Assembly (NCBI RefSeq): GCF_006345805.1
Contig: NC_043000.1
Span: 98,208,001-98,272,000, forward strand
Direction of reading: 5' to 3'
Length of the DNA: 64,000 nucleotides
DNA from: Octopus sinensis
Taxonomy: Eukaryota
Positions 13,041-25,436 of the stretch are shown piece by piece. Within the stretch, counting starts at the first letter, position 1; each line of letters starts with the position of its first letter. Below the pieces are notes generated by a model, which was given only the letters and a program-made list of their open reading frames with translations, did not search any database and was not told where the DNA came from. The translations under genes and the position numbers were made by a program.

Positions 13041-15984
13041 ACACCTAGAAACACTTATTAAACTAGCTCATTGTTGGTGTTGACATGCTTATACTTAGTA
13101 TAGGGTTCAGAGTTCAAAAAAGGCCATCCGAAACTGCTCTATTAACATTATTATTTCAAATTGTTTCTCTGTTATTTATTGGAACCACACCAACGTCATT
13201 GTGTGTGTGCCTTATGTTCAGTCGTTGTTAGTGTTTTATACTATAATTAATTTAATTATTAAGTGATCAGTAAAACCATGTATTCTTTTGTTTTCGTTCA
13301 CAAACGTTTACCAAATCTGGGACAAATCAAAACGCATCGAGTATATCGAAAAGGCTATCTCGTAATTTCCTTTCTCCTCCTCCCCATCTTCTTTTTAAAC
13401 TTCAAAAGTTTGCGAAGAACAAGTAAACAGTCGTCTCTTTTCGATGGCAGTACATTTTATTAAATGGAAAAGGGGAAGCTAGATATTTCTGCTGAAAGAT
13501 TTATGATTTAATCTAGTACTAAAAAAAAAAAGTCTTCCATTTACCGTTTCGTAACTTCAACTTAAGGTCTACCATTACCTATTGTAGCATTTTAGAGATT
13601 ATGTGTGATGATGGCGGGGCATCTCTATTGCGTCGTTATACAAACGTTGAAGTTTGTTCCTTTATATTATTGATTACTGTGACACGTAAGCGCAGTATGG
13701 CCAAATGGTTAACAAGTTCGCTTCACAGCAAGTCTCTGGTTCGATCTCACTGGGCATAATTTTCTATAATCTCGTTGATCCATACCATGTGAGGTAAACT
13801 AGGTAGACGGAAACAACACAGAAGCCTGTCGGGTGGATTGTACCTGTAATTCACAAAAAAAAGTACATGATTCTCAGACACAGTCAGCGTGACAAAATGT
13901 GACAAGTAACTTTAAAGGTGTCTGAAATGCTCGACCAGAAAGTTGTTAATTCAGGAGCAGGTAATTCAGTTGATCGAACAACTGGATCTTCATTGTGTAA
14001 CGACAGATCCTCCATCACCACGATGACACATTGCCCCTCTGCCATCCCCTTTTTGTTTAAAAATTATTACAACCGATCAAACGAGCGTTCGGTACGTGTC
14101 TGATACTTGTTTATCGATCCTGGAGGGATAAATGGCAAAGTCAGTTCTGTCGGAGTTTGAACTTACTACTTTGAAAGTTGTAGCTAAACGCCATTTATTT
14201 CACTACTGCTTTCTTTATGTTTCTGATGATCTCTAACTTAGGTACCAGACCACAACTTTAATGAATGGTTGTAGTTGATGAAAACTCTAGTATTCGATTA
14301 AGATTATTTTGAATTTGCCTTTCATCCTTTCATAAGTACCAGTTATGCACTAGGGTCTATGTAATCACTAACCTCCTCCAAAATTTCAGACCTTGTGCTT
14401 ATAATAGAAAGGATTATTATTTAGGTGGTAACCTGGAAGAATCGTTAGCATACCAGACAAAATGATTAGCAGCATTTCATCTAGCTTTCCTTTTTGAGTT
14501 CAAATTCTGCTGAGGTCACCAAATCTTAACTGTTTTCATGTAAAGGATGTTTTTTTTTTCTTCCCCAGGTCTTTTCAAAAGTGACAAGTTATAATTTTCA
14601 GCAAGAAATGTCAACATCATCATCAGTTTGCTCAAGCATTAATGATGTTGAATATCAGTATTCATGCACATTTGTGCATGTATGCACACATGTGTGTATA
14701 TGTACACATATACAGTCTTCCTACCTTAATAACAGATACTATGTAACATAATTTAAAAAATGGAATTTATTTCAGTATAGTCTGAGAGTGAATGAAATCA
14801 ATGGATTTGGTTTGCATTAAGGTAAACTTCTCATTGAGATTGTTAAGTTTGGTAGAGCATCTGATAGAAGGCATTGTGATATTAACTTATATCCCTAATA
14901 TTTAGTTCAAATCTTGTCAAGGTTGACTTTGCCTTTCATTTTTCTAGTACTGATAAAGTATTAGTCAAGTGCTGAGGTTAATATAATGAGCTATATACCT
15001 TCTCTTTAAAACTGATGATTCTGGGCTCTGTGCTTAGAAATTATGACTAAAGTTCTTGACAATAGTTTGTATATATACTTATGTTAGTATAATGTCTTGG
15101 AATATCAGTATATCTAGTGTATGTTTTACAATTTTGTGTCTGCATATGTTATGTCTTATATAGACAAAAAGAGGGTGGATTCATTGACACTGAGAATGCA
15201 TTGCTATAGATGATTAGTAGATCTATAAGTTGATACAGTCAGCTTTCTGTGTCTAGTGGTAAAAATAAAACCCTCATCAATTTACCAGATTTTCTTTTGA
15301 TAGCCACAAATATAAGAGATGTTTTTCTTTCAGCTATCCATACTTACCGTGCTTGCTGCTCTCATTTCACCATTACTGTATGTAAGCAGTTTGAGTGTCT
15401 CTCTGACCACCAAATATATGCTCCACTGAAGATATGATTCTAAGAACAAAATACGTTTATTGACTAGAGTAAGTGCCCAGCAAAAGCTGCATTCTTTAGT
15501 TGAATACACCTGAAGTGACTGATCACAGATTGGTCAGAAATAGACATGTGATGTGCAGAAGCTTACAAGCCATAATGAGCTTTTTTTTTTGTTTAAAACT
15601 TAACACATTTCTCAAAAGTTTACTTGGTTAAAAATAATCATGTGACATGCAAATCGATCAGGCTTTGGGATTCATTCTTTTTGTGTTCTGGAAAAGGACA
15701 CCAAAATAATGCATAATGTATGTGTGTGTGTATATGTGTATGTCTGTATCATTGTCATTTGAAGTCCACTTTTCCATGCTTACATGGATCAGATGGAATT
15801 TGTCGAGGCAGATTTTCTATGGCTACATGCACTTCTGGTTGCCAACATACACACGGTTTCAAGTAAGCCAATATTTTTGCATGGCTTCATGTTTTTCACA
15901 GAAGGCTGGAAATTAGCAACCTTGCTTGTGTGATGATGATGCTTATTTATCACCATCACATGATGCCTAGACACACAATGTGTA

Positions 15985-16033
<49 letters not shown>

Positions 16034-16089
16034 ATATATATCATCGTTTAATGTCTGCCTTCCATACTAGCATGGGTGGAACTATATAT

Positions 16090-16132
<43 letters not shown>

Positions 16133-16972
16133 ATACACACTTGCTGAGTTGCCTGTTCTTGCTAGGCAATTTTCACGGTAGAATGCCTTTTTTTTTAATA
16201 TTCCATGTCTGACCAATGGCTAGGGCTCTTGATCAGGAGAGATTTGTGCAATTTTTTGCAAAAACTTTCGTTGAGGATTTTTTCCTTTGTAAATTATTTA
16301 CGTGCTTGTTTGGCTGTTTCACATTACTTTATTAATTAAAACATCAAAACTTCCTACAACTTTTGTCTTCATAATGTTTTTTTTTACATTCATTTTATGA
16401 TAGACAGCTATTATGCAGAAAATGTCAGCTTCCACTTCTTGTTTTTTGATTAGGTAAAAATGATCAAACTTTAAACCTCTGTATCATTTTTCAAACATTT
16501 TCCTGGAGCAAATAAATAACAAAATTGGATTCAGCATGAAAAATTACATCAATATATCAAATTTGAAAATTTTCACTTTATTTTAAGACCTCAAAATCTC
16601 TGTCAGCAACAGGAAATGTTGATAGACAGTTATAAGACATGACACACTAATATACGTACACAAACATGCTCAGGTAATCATGAGTTTAAAATGGTGTCTT
16701 CAAAGACATTCAATATTGGTGATCTGGAAGTTGAGTTATTTGTTTTAGCAAATGAATTATACTTTTTGTTATATAATGGTCTCTAAAGTTAGAAGAAGAG
16801 TAGCTTGTGAGAGCTGTACAAGCCATGTACAGTGGTGCTGTCAGTAGGGTGAGAGTCAGCCATAAATACAGTGATAAATTTAGTGTACAAATAGCTCAGT
16901 CCACCCCTATTTTTCATAGCCCACCAGGCCATAACAGGAGAATTTGAAACTGGCATCTCGTGGGAATTGCTA

Positions 16973-17188
16973 TGAGAGAGTACTGAAAGGTTCCTGGCTT
17001 GGGTAAAAGAAACTATAGGAGGATCAGCTAAGTATGATTTTATTGAACATATTCCCCTCTCAGATTCACACACTTATTGCAGTGGTCCTTCAGGTTTTCT
17101 CAGCCTTGTAAAAGAACTTGGAAGGTTGGACCTCTAACCAGGCCTTTCATAATACCCTTAAAGCCTGGAACTTTACAGTACCACCTTG
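16973..17188. mobile_element. Tc1/mariner-type MITE inserted at TA
   Basis: Imperfect TIRs gagagtactgaaaggttcctggctt / aagcctggaactttacagtaccacc with TA on both flanks. A second copy in opposite orientation lies near 27257-27470. Confidence 0.75.
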
Positions 17189-17383
17189 TATGCTGATGAC
17201 CTTGCTCTTATTGCAGAATCTGTTGCTGAATTGGAGAAGAAATTTTAGGTATGGAAGCAAAACATGAAATCAAAGGCCTCAAATTTAACCTGGTAAAGAC
17301 CAAAGTTGTTAGTAAGGGAGTGTATAAAGACTCTATTTCCATCAAGTAAATGGCCCTGCTCAATATGTAGGAAAGGAGTTTAA

Positions 17384-17593
17384 CCCTTTCGTTAGCAACC
17401 CGGCTGAAACTGGCTTTGGCTACAGATGTCTTCTTCTCATAAGTTTTGAATTAAAATCTACCAAACCTTAGTCACAATTTATGTTCATAACACTGGCTGA
17501 ATGATAACTAAGTTATTGTACTAAATTCTTTGTTATATTGAAAGTAATTGAAAGAAACACAGAGCATCTCAAAATAAATCCAGTATGAAAGGG
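17384..17593. mobile_element. piggyBac-type MITE (210 bp)
   Basis: TTAA|CCCTTTCGTT ... ATGAAAGGG|TTAA, with the TTAA target duplicated. Confidence 0.8.
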
Positions 17594-19529
17594 TTAAAGA
17601 AATTCCATTCATTGCAGTCAGTGCAAGCTATGGACACATAAGAGGTGCAGTAGAATCACAGGTAGATTGACAGAGGAAGTTGTCTTAGCAGGAACCATAA
17701 GCACTAAGGACACACTGAAATTAGACTCTCAAATACCTAGGATGCTCTGTTGAGGTTGTGGATAGTTTCTATTAATTAGGTGACCAAATTAGCAATGGTG
17801 AAGGATGTTCTGAAAGTATTCTTTGTAGAATAAGAGTAGGATGGAGGAAGTTCAGAGAGCTGTTACCTCTGTCGGCTACAAAAAGATTCTTTCTCAGAAT
17901 GAAAGGCAGATTGTATGATGCTTGTGTATGAATGGCTATGCTCCATGGTAGTGAGACATGGGCTCTAAACACAGAAGACATGCATAGACTAGTATAAGTT
18001 GATGGATATGCAATGTCAGGGTGTATGTATAACAAAATGCAAATGTACTGAAACAAAAATTGGGCATAAGAGGAATCAAATGCAGCATGCAAGAGGGAAG
18101 ACTATGTTGGTTTGGACATGTGATGCATATGAACAAAGACAGCTGTATAAAGAAGTGCTGATCACTCAAAGTGGCTGGTACCTTTGGAAGATGGAGATCC
18201 AGTGAGGGCTGATCTTAGGATGTTGGACTTCATGGAAAAGATGATGATGGACTGAAATGTCTGGTGATACGAGGTTCTTGAAAAAAACCCACCCACTTCT
18301 GCAAAGCTGAGTTCTGGAAGTGCTGTGTCTCGCCCACATGTAATATTACATTTTTTACACACCCATCCCAATAAACCAAACTACTTTTCTTCTCTTGCTC
18401 ATATTTCATGCATATTTCACTCATCACTCCTGCAATCTAATTCTTTCCTTACTGATCTGCCCACTGTATCATTGCTATCCTGTTGTCCCCCTTCTATATA
18501 CCAAGGTTTCAACAGATTTTATATTCTCCCCTTTTCCATCTTTGCATGCATATAGATTTCCTACTCCCTACTCTTGCATACTTGGCAATGCTCTACCATC
18601 TCATTTATATTCTCATCCCTGTACCTTGAGAGTATGTTCTGGCACCATCTCTTACTCTTTTTCACATGCTTTCACTCTTACTCTCTCATTCTTGATCACT
18701 CTTTCTTGCTCTGTCTTTCTGGCTGAGATAACCATGTCTTCTCTACATCAATATCTGTTTCTGTCCCTCTGTCACTCCTATCTCTCATAACCTGGCACAA
18801 GGCCACCTCTTCCAATACCCCCACCTCCCAAATGATTTCTGTCTTGCAAGTTACTTGTTGACCTCCACCAATGTTGGTGCCATGTAAAAAGCATCCTGTT
18901 CACACTGTAAAATGGTTAGCATTCGGAAGGGCATCCAGCTGTAAAGTTCATGCCAAACAGACCTTGCTGATGCTGGTGCCACATGAAAAGTACCCAGTCC
19001 ACTCTGTAAAGTGAAATATGAGGAAGAGAAGATAAGTAGTTTGGTGTATTGGGGTGGGTGTGTGAAAAATTTAATATTACATGTGGGTGAGACACAGAGC
19101 GCTTCCAGAACTCAGCTTTGCTGAAGTGGGTGGGTTTTTTTTTCAAGAAAACCATGCCAAACAGACCTTGCTAGTGCTGGTGCCATGTGAAAGCACCCAG
19201 TCCATTCTGTAAAGTGGTTGATGTTAGGAAGGGCATCCATCTGTAAAAACCATGCCAAAACAGTCTGGTTCAATCCTTTATTATTATAAACATACATATA
19301 TGTATATGTATGTTTATATTTTTATGTATATGTGTGTATATACATAGTATGTATGTGGCCAACCACCTCATCACCTACAAATCTGGTGAACATAGAAGTT
19401 ATATTCTCACTGAGAAATGGAACAGAATGGCTATTACCAAATCCTCTTCTAGTGAAAAGTGCACAATGCAACATAGGTTAGGGGCTAGTGACTTCAGAAA
19501 CAAAATCTATGATGCTTGATATAACAGAT

Positions 19530-20100
19530 TGTCACAGCAAGTTCTAGTAAATGGGACCAGTTACAATACCATTAAAAAAATGGTTCAATTAATCCTATTG
19601 CTGATAAGCTGCAATATACTGTAACTCTTGGTAAATCATCATGTTTCCATAATATGTGGTTTCTCAAATGTGGCAGTTAATCGAGCCATTTGGTTCAAAT
19701 GTAGCTTTATCACTCCAAACTATCTTCCTTTGAAAGTATGCATCTGCTACACACCTTGCCAAATGCCACTCCTAAAACTCCACTTTGGACTGGATCATTG
19801 ACTTGGAGAGCATGGATTATTCTTGGAATGCAACTTTTCCTCTGATGGCACTTCAAAATTCTATGGATGCTTGATTTTGAAATATCTACCTCATGACTTG
19901 CTGCACAAATTTTCTTGAACTCAGACAATATGTTTCTAGACCCTTTTCTTGCTTTGTGAGACTTATTGATGTTGGCAGTCTTCTGGAACAGTTCTATCTG
20001 TTTCAAACTTTATCTCTATTACAAGTGATAAGTTGTGTAGATGGTTTCTTTCATATTTTTTCTAATGGGTTATATCTAAAAAGAAATGTCAATTGAGTTA
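19530..20100 (-). mobile_element. Tc1/mariner transposase remnant
   Basis: ORF 19710-20006 has ISKSSIHRILK..IIHAL (HTH plus linker). A neighbouring frame has [18 protein letters not shown], resembling the first catalytic D block. Confidence 0.7.
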
Positions 20101-20535
20101 TTAGCTGTTGAAGTGTGTATACATTTTCTTGGTAACACCCTTTATATATGTATATGGGCTTTTTTCAGTTTCAGTCAACCAAATTTCACTCGTAAGTTAT
20201 TGGTCAGTCCCACAGCTATAGTAGAAGGTGAGTGTTTATGCACTCTTGAACCTTAAATCACATTCTGAAGTGAAATTCTTTGACATATAACCATCCCTTT
20301 GCCTATATGTATTCACATTTATATATGTTTAGATGTATATCTATATATGTGGGGCCTGGTGCAGCCTCCTGTTTTCCCAGACCCCGGTCGGACCGTCCAA
20401 CCCACGCCAGCATGGAAAACGGACGTTAAATGATGATGATGATGATGATTTATATTCATACATGTGTGTTTTGTTATGTGTTTGTGTGTGGTGTGTGTAT
20501 ATACATATATGTATGTATGTATGTATATAGGCACA

Positions 20536-20918
20536 GGCATGGCTATGTGGTAAGAAGCTTGCTTCCCAACCACATGGTTCCGGGTTCAGTCTCATCACTG
20601 CATGGTACTTTGGGCAAGTGTCTTGTACAATAACCTTGGGGTAACCAAAGCCTTGTCATTAGAATTGGTAGATGGAAACTATTGTGTGTGTGTGCATATA
20701 TATATATAAAGACACACACGTGTATGTGTATGTCTTTGTGTTTGTGCTCCCATCACTGCTTGACAACTGGTGTGTTTTTGTTCCAGTTCGGCAAAAGAGA
20801 TCAATAGAATAAGTACTAGGCTTAAGAAATAAGTCCTGGGGTGATTTGTTTAACTAAAACCTTTGAAGGCGGTGCTCCAGCATGGCCACAGCCAGCTGAC
20901 TAAAACGAAAGAATAAAA
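20536..20918 (+). mobile_element. tRNA-derived SINE family A
   Basis: Homologous along its length to 8258-8643. Confidence 0.8.
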
Positions 20919-21226
20919 AAAAATATCCATAAACGCACACTCACATGCACACACTTGTCTGTGTTCTAAATATAATTTGTGCTATGTATTAAGTGGTCAA
21001 CATATGGAATTTCTGTAAAGATTACTGTGATGAGGTATATTGCCACCCACACACTTTTACATTATATTTTCAACAGCAATTTTTAATGTGACTTACTGAA
21101 CTGTTACAACCCAAGAGGAAGTTTTATTTAACATTTGAGTATTTCTAGTGACTACCAAAAATATCCATAGCACATACTCTCTGCTACTAAGTGCAGCCAG
21201 ATTTCTTTTCTATACTTCTGAATGTT

Positions 21227-21294
21227 GGAATTAACGTTTCCTCTTTTTAACAAGAATGCAGGAATTAACATTTCCTCTTTTTAACAAAAATTCA
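21227..21294. repeat. 34-bp tandem duplication
   Basis: ggaattaacgtttcctctttttaacaagaatgca followed by ggaattaacatttcctctttttaacaaaaattca. Confidence 0.9.
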
Positions 21295-21929
21295 GAACAT
21301 CTTTATGATGCTAAAATTCAAAGACTCTGTCTAACTGTCTAGATTTTCTACAAGACCGTATTTTGTGGTGATAAAGTTTCAACTAATATACTCTTACACA
21401 CTGAAAAAGTTTTAGAACTTCCAAAACAAGAAACTTTTTTCTTTTTTATATTAACATATTAAAGAAAATTTTCTTCATTGCTGTGAATAGTAGATGACAA
21501 AATAACTCGTACAGAGGCACACACACATACTTAATACAAAGCAAAAGATATACATGCATACATAAGACAGACACACACATCCCATAATAATGTCTATTAA
21601 GTTAGGAAACAAAAATGTAAACTCAGTGTTGACAACATAAAATGCCGTGCAAGTATTTTCTTGTCTTCACTATTGTTTTAACGGCAACTTTTCTATACTG
21701 ACACATGGGTCAGACAGAATTTGTCGAGGTGGATGTTCTATGGCTGGATGCTCATCTTCACCAGTTTCCTACTAAGGTAATATTTCCACATGACCAGACC
21801 TGTTTTCATGGAAGATTGGAAATGGACACTGCTTGTTTACAACATTCACATGATGTCAAGACAAGGAGACAGTAACACACGTGTGTGTATGTGTGTAATA
21901 TCTATCTATCTATCTAATATATATATCAT

Positions 21930-22640
21930 CATCTTCACCTGCACTAGCAGCTGCATCTCCTGCTCTCTCTGTCCTTCTCTATACATCGGTCAATCGGGAC
22001 GCCGCTTGGTTGACTGGTTTGAAGAACACCCCCAAGACATCCGACTTGGCAACAACACCCCGGTCTCACTCCATTTCCACTCTACTGGTCACTCTTTACA
22101 AAACCTGTCTGTATTCGGATTGTCCTTACTCAGGGCCATCTGGACTCTCGTCTTTGCTGTGAGCAGGGATTAATTTTCTCTCTTCACTCCTTTGTGCCAC
22201 ATGGGCTCAACTCTCCTTGTTTCATCTAACCCTCCTCCTCTCTCCTCTACTTCCTCTCGCCACACCACCCCACACACACTTGCACTGACCACTTTTCAGC
22301 ACCTACACCATCACCCACACACTTACACAGGCACACACGTCAATGTCACCAGTCCCCTTCCACACACACATGCACACTCTCACATGCACACACGCACCTT
22401 CGTTTTGGGATCACCACTATTATTTCCCCTTCTTCCTAGCTCCCCTGTGTGACCCCTCTGTCCGGCTTTCACCATGATAGATCACTAGCCACTAAACCTT
22501 TTTCTATTTTCTCTCCCTGTTTATTTCTGTGTTCCTTTCTGTCAAAGAGCGTAGGCTCGAAATGTAAAAGACTTTCTCACTTCCCAAGCATTAAACTAAT
22601 ACATTTGTTTGTTGTTTACACACCTGTCTTCTTTTGTTTT
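21930..22640 (+). mobile_element. Penelope-like element 3' remnant (GIY-YIG endonuclease plus terminal region)
   Basis: ORF 21790-22173 contains CISCSLCPSLYIGQSGRRLVDWFEEHPQDIR..VSLHFHSTGH, a GIY-YIG pattern typical of PLEs. Confidence 0.75.
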
Positions 22641-23205
22641 TTTGTAAATTCTCATGATATCTCATCATCATTTAATGTCCATTTCCCATGCTAACATGGG
22701 TTGGACAGTTTGACAGGAGCTGGTAAACCAGAAGATTGTACTAGGCTTCACTGTCTGTTTTCTTCTAATGCCAACTATATACACATGTACACACACATAT
22801 GTATGTACATACATATACACATGCACAAAGGTTTTCTTTCAGTTTCTGTCTACCAAAACCACTGAAAAGGCTTCAGTCATCCTCTTGTTGTAGAGAACAC
22901 TTGGCCATGTTGTCGTCTAGTTTCATTGAACCTAGAACCATGTAATTGGGAAGTAGGCTGCTTACCACACAACAACACCTTGCACCTAACTAAACTTTTA
23001 TTAGGTTAAGTTTCAAAGTCACAATAAAAATTTGTTTTGCATAAATCCTGTATTTTTCTATCTATCCATCCATATATGTTTGTATGTGATTGTATATATG
23101 TATGTCTACATAAATATGTGTAAGTTTGAGGGGGACTTATTTAATGGATAATAAACTCGAAGCTAACATCTCTAAGTCAACTTGGTAAATGATCTTTTGT
23201 AAGAT

Positions 23206-23245
23206 AGTACCATTCATTTAGCTTAAGTACCATTCATTTAGCTTA
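23206..23245. repeat. Perfect 20-bp tandem duplication
   Basis: agtaccattcatttagctta x2. Confidence 0.95.
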
Positions 23246-23629
23246 CTCTTTGTTATGATCTGTTACCTTGTTCCCCTCACTACATGTAATTACATTTTGT
23301 CTTGGAACACCCACTTTCTACTATCATTTCTCTGAATTTTATAGTTAATAGGCCTAAAGATTTGATTGACTGATCATGAACTATCCCACTTCAATAGGTA
23401 TTGTTAGTTGATTTGATATACTGTTTTGAACTCAAAGATAGGTGTTGCCAATTGATTTTTATATGCTGTTTTGGACTCAACATAATGGCATATCAGTTTC
23501 TACTCACTTGAACTAAAGTATAACCTGAGGATTTGAGAGTTTATATGTAATGTATTGCATAACCTTATTGGTTTATACGTAATGTTTATACGTAATTTTT
23601 TTATGTGATGTTTACATCACAAAGTCTCT

Positions 23630-24100
23630 GAAATGTAGTTAGGTCAGGTATGGAGGCATGTGCTGTTGCAGTGCATTGATGCGTCCATTGTTTGTTGGTA
23701 TTTGCTTGGGTCATCCTGGATAACTCTTGGATCAGTGTCTCCCAGTCAGTCCCCATCTCCGTTAAATACTTCCTCACACACCGTGACCATGTGGCATGTG
23801 ACTGACCAACGCATTCTGTCACCCTGGTCACTATATGTAGGATTCAAGTTAGAAAATTGAGCAATGTGACCAAACAGTCTGAGCTGATGCTCCAGAATCC
23901 TACAAGTAGCAGGACACATTTCAAATTCTGAGTGTTGTTGGTGGCTGTATATGAAATCCAGACAATGATAATCCGTAATCTTGCAAAGTGTCCTGGTACG
24001 AAAGGAGTTAAGGCAGCTCCCAAGGGCCCTGGACAGTACCCAAGTCTCACAACTATTGAGCAAAACAAAGAGGATCAGATACATACTCACACACAACTGC
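23630..24100 (-). mobile_element. Old RTE-like LINE RT C-terminal remnant
   Basis: ORF 23746-24207 contains VLLNSCETW..LNSFRTRTLCKI..EHQLRLFGHIAQ. Confidence 0.65.
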
Positions 24101-24855
24101 TTTAAGATCCACTTTCCCATGCTTGCATAGGCTGGATGGAATTTAGTGATGCTGATTTCCTTCAGCCAAATGCTCTTCCTGCGGTTAACCTTCACCATTT
24201 TACACACACGAACATATTTTTGTGCTACTCTGTCTCTTTCCTTTACTTTGCTTCTCTCAATTTCCTTTCTTTCTCTCTCTCTGTCACCCTCCTCCCACTA
24301 TCACGTGTCATTCTTTTTCACATTGCCTTAGACTGGACTGGTTGCGATTTTCTGAGCTCTTCCTTTCTCTCTCTCTCCTGCTGTCTGTCGTTTTTACTCT
24401 CCTTTCACTATTACATGATCCTTGACAGCATAAGTTGGTGTCATTCTCTTTAGCATTGCCTTTGACTGGACTGGTCACATTTTTCTGAACTCCTTGCTCT
24501 ACCCCTCCCGTGTTTATAGTCCTTTAGGGTAGTTTTCATTGCTCCTTTGAGTTACCCATTTTTGTCTTGTTTTGCAGCTGTGAGGCTTTTTTTGCTGTAT
24601 ATGTATTAATTTCATTTTAATTGTTGTTTTTGCGTGGCCTTAAGCCTTTATTCTGTGTATTGTTTTGTTCTTCACCTGTATCAAGCTCGTCTTGTTATGT
24701 TTTGGTCCCATTCCTGGCAGGTTTCTTGCCAGTGCCTCCAGAGTGGAAGCAATTTTATCGATAATAGCTGAAATTGCGCTTTGACCCTCTGACCAATAAC
24801 TGAAGAGGAGTTGGTGACCTTCTGTTCATCTGTGTATTTAGTGTATATTCGTATG

Positions 24856-24928
24856 TCTATTTACTACATGTTTTTGTTCCACTCATGCTAGCATGGAACA
24901 CAGACATTAAATGATGATGATAATATAT

Positions 24929-24960
<32 letters not shown>

Positions 24961-25030
24961 ATATATTATCATCATTTAATGTCTGTGTTCCATGCTAGCA
25001 TGAGTGGAACAAAAACATGTAGTAAATAGA
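24856..25030. repeat. Long palindrome: 63-bp perfect inverted repeat around a (GAT)n spacer
   Basis: 24856-24918 is the exact reverse complement of 24968-25030. Confidence 0.9.
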
Positions 25031-25394
25031 TGTGTGTGTATATATATATACACACAGGTATGTCATATTTTCTGTTTGTTGTCTTTTTATTTAATCCTGA
25101 AAATATTTATTTAACACAAGCACTCATTCACTTTTTACCTGTGTGTGTATATATATATATACACACACACACACATATTTATGTATATATACATACATAT
25201 ACACACGCACACATAGTTATACATGCACTTACATAAGATAAACTCCTTTTTTGTGGTTAAAAACAAATATTTCATCATACACTCGGTATCCCATCCATAA
25301 GATGGTTGCATTAGGTACATGACAATTTTTTGTTATATTTAAGAATAAAAAAGTGTGTTCAGTACACTGGCATATGTATAATATATAAATATAA

Positions 25395-25436
<42 letters not shown>

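Larger units (their letters stand above)
16785..18250 (+). mobile_element. RTE-clade LINE RT remnant interrupted by two DNA-transposon MITEs
   Basis: WELL/YADDLALIAESVAELEKKF around 16960-17240. Cys-rich CSICRKGV..NSIHCSQCKLWTHKRC split by a MITE. YLGDQISNGEGCSESILCRIRVGWRKFRELLPL on the + strand near 17770-17870. Confidence 0.8.

Noticed and set aside
14569-14679. Additional 5'UTR exon
   Set aside because: The acceptor (ttttttcttccccag) is strong, but the only donor is a modest gtatgc within microsatellite-like sequence. Unsupported without transcripts.
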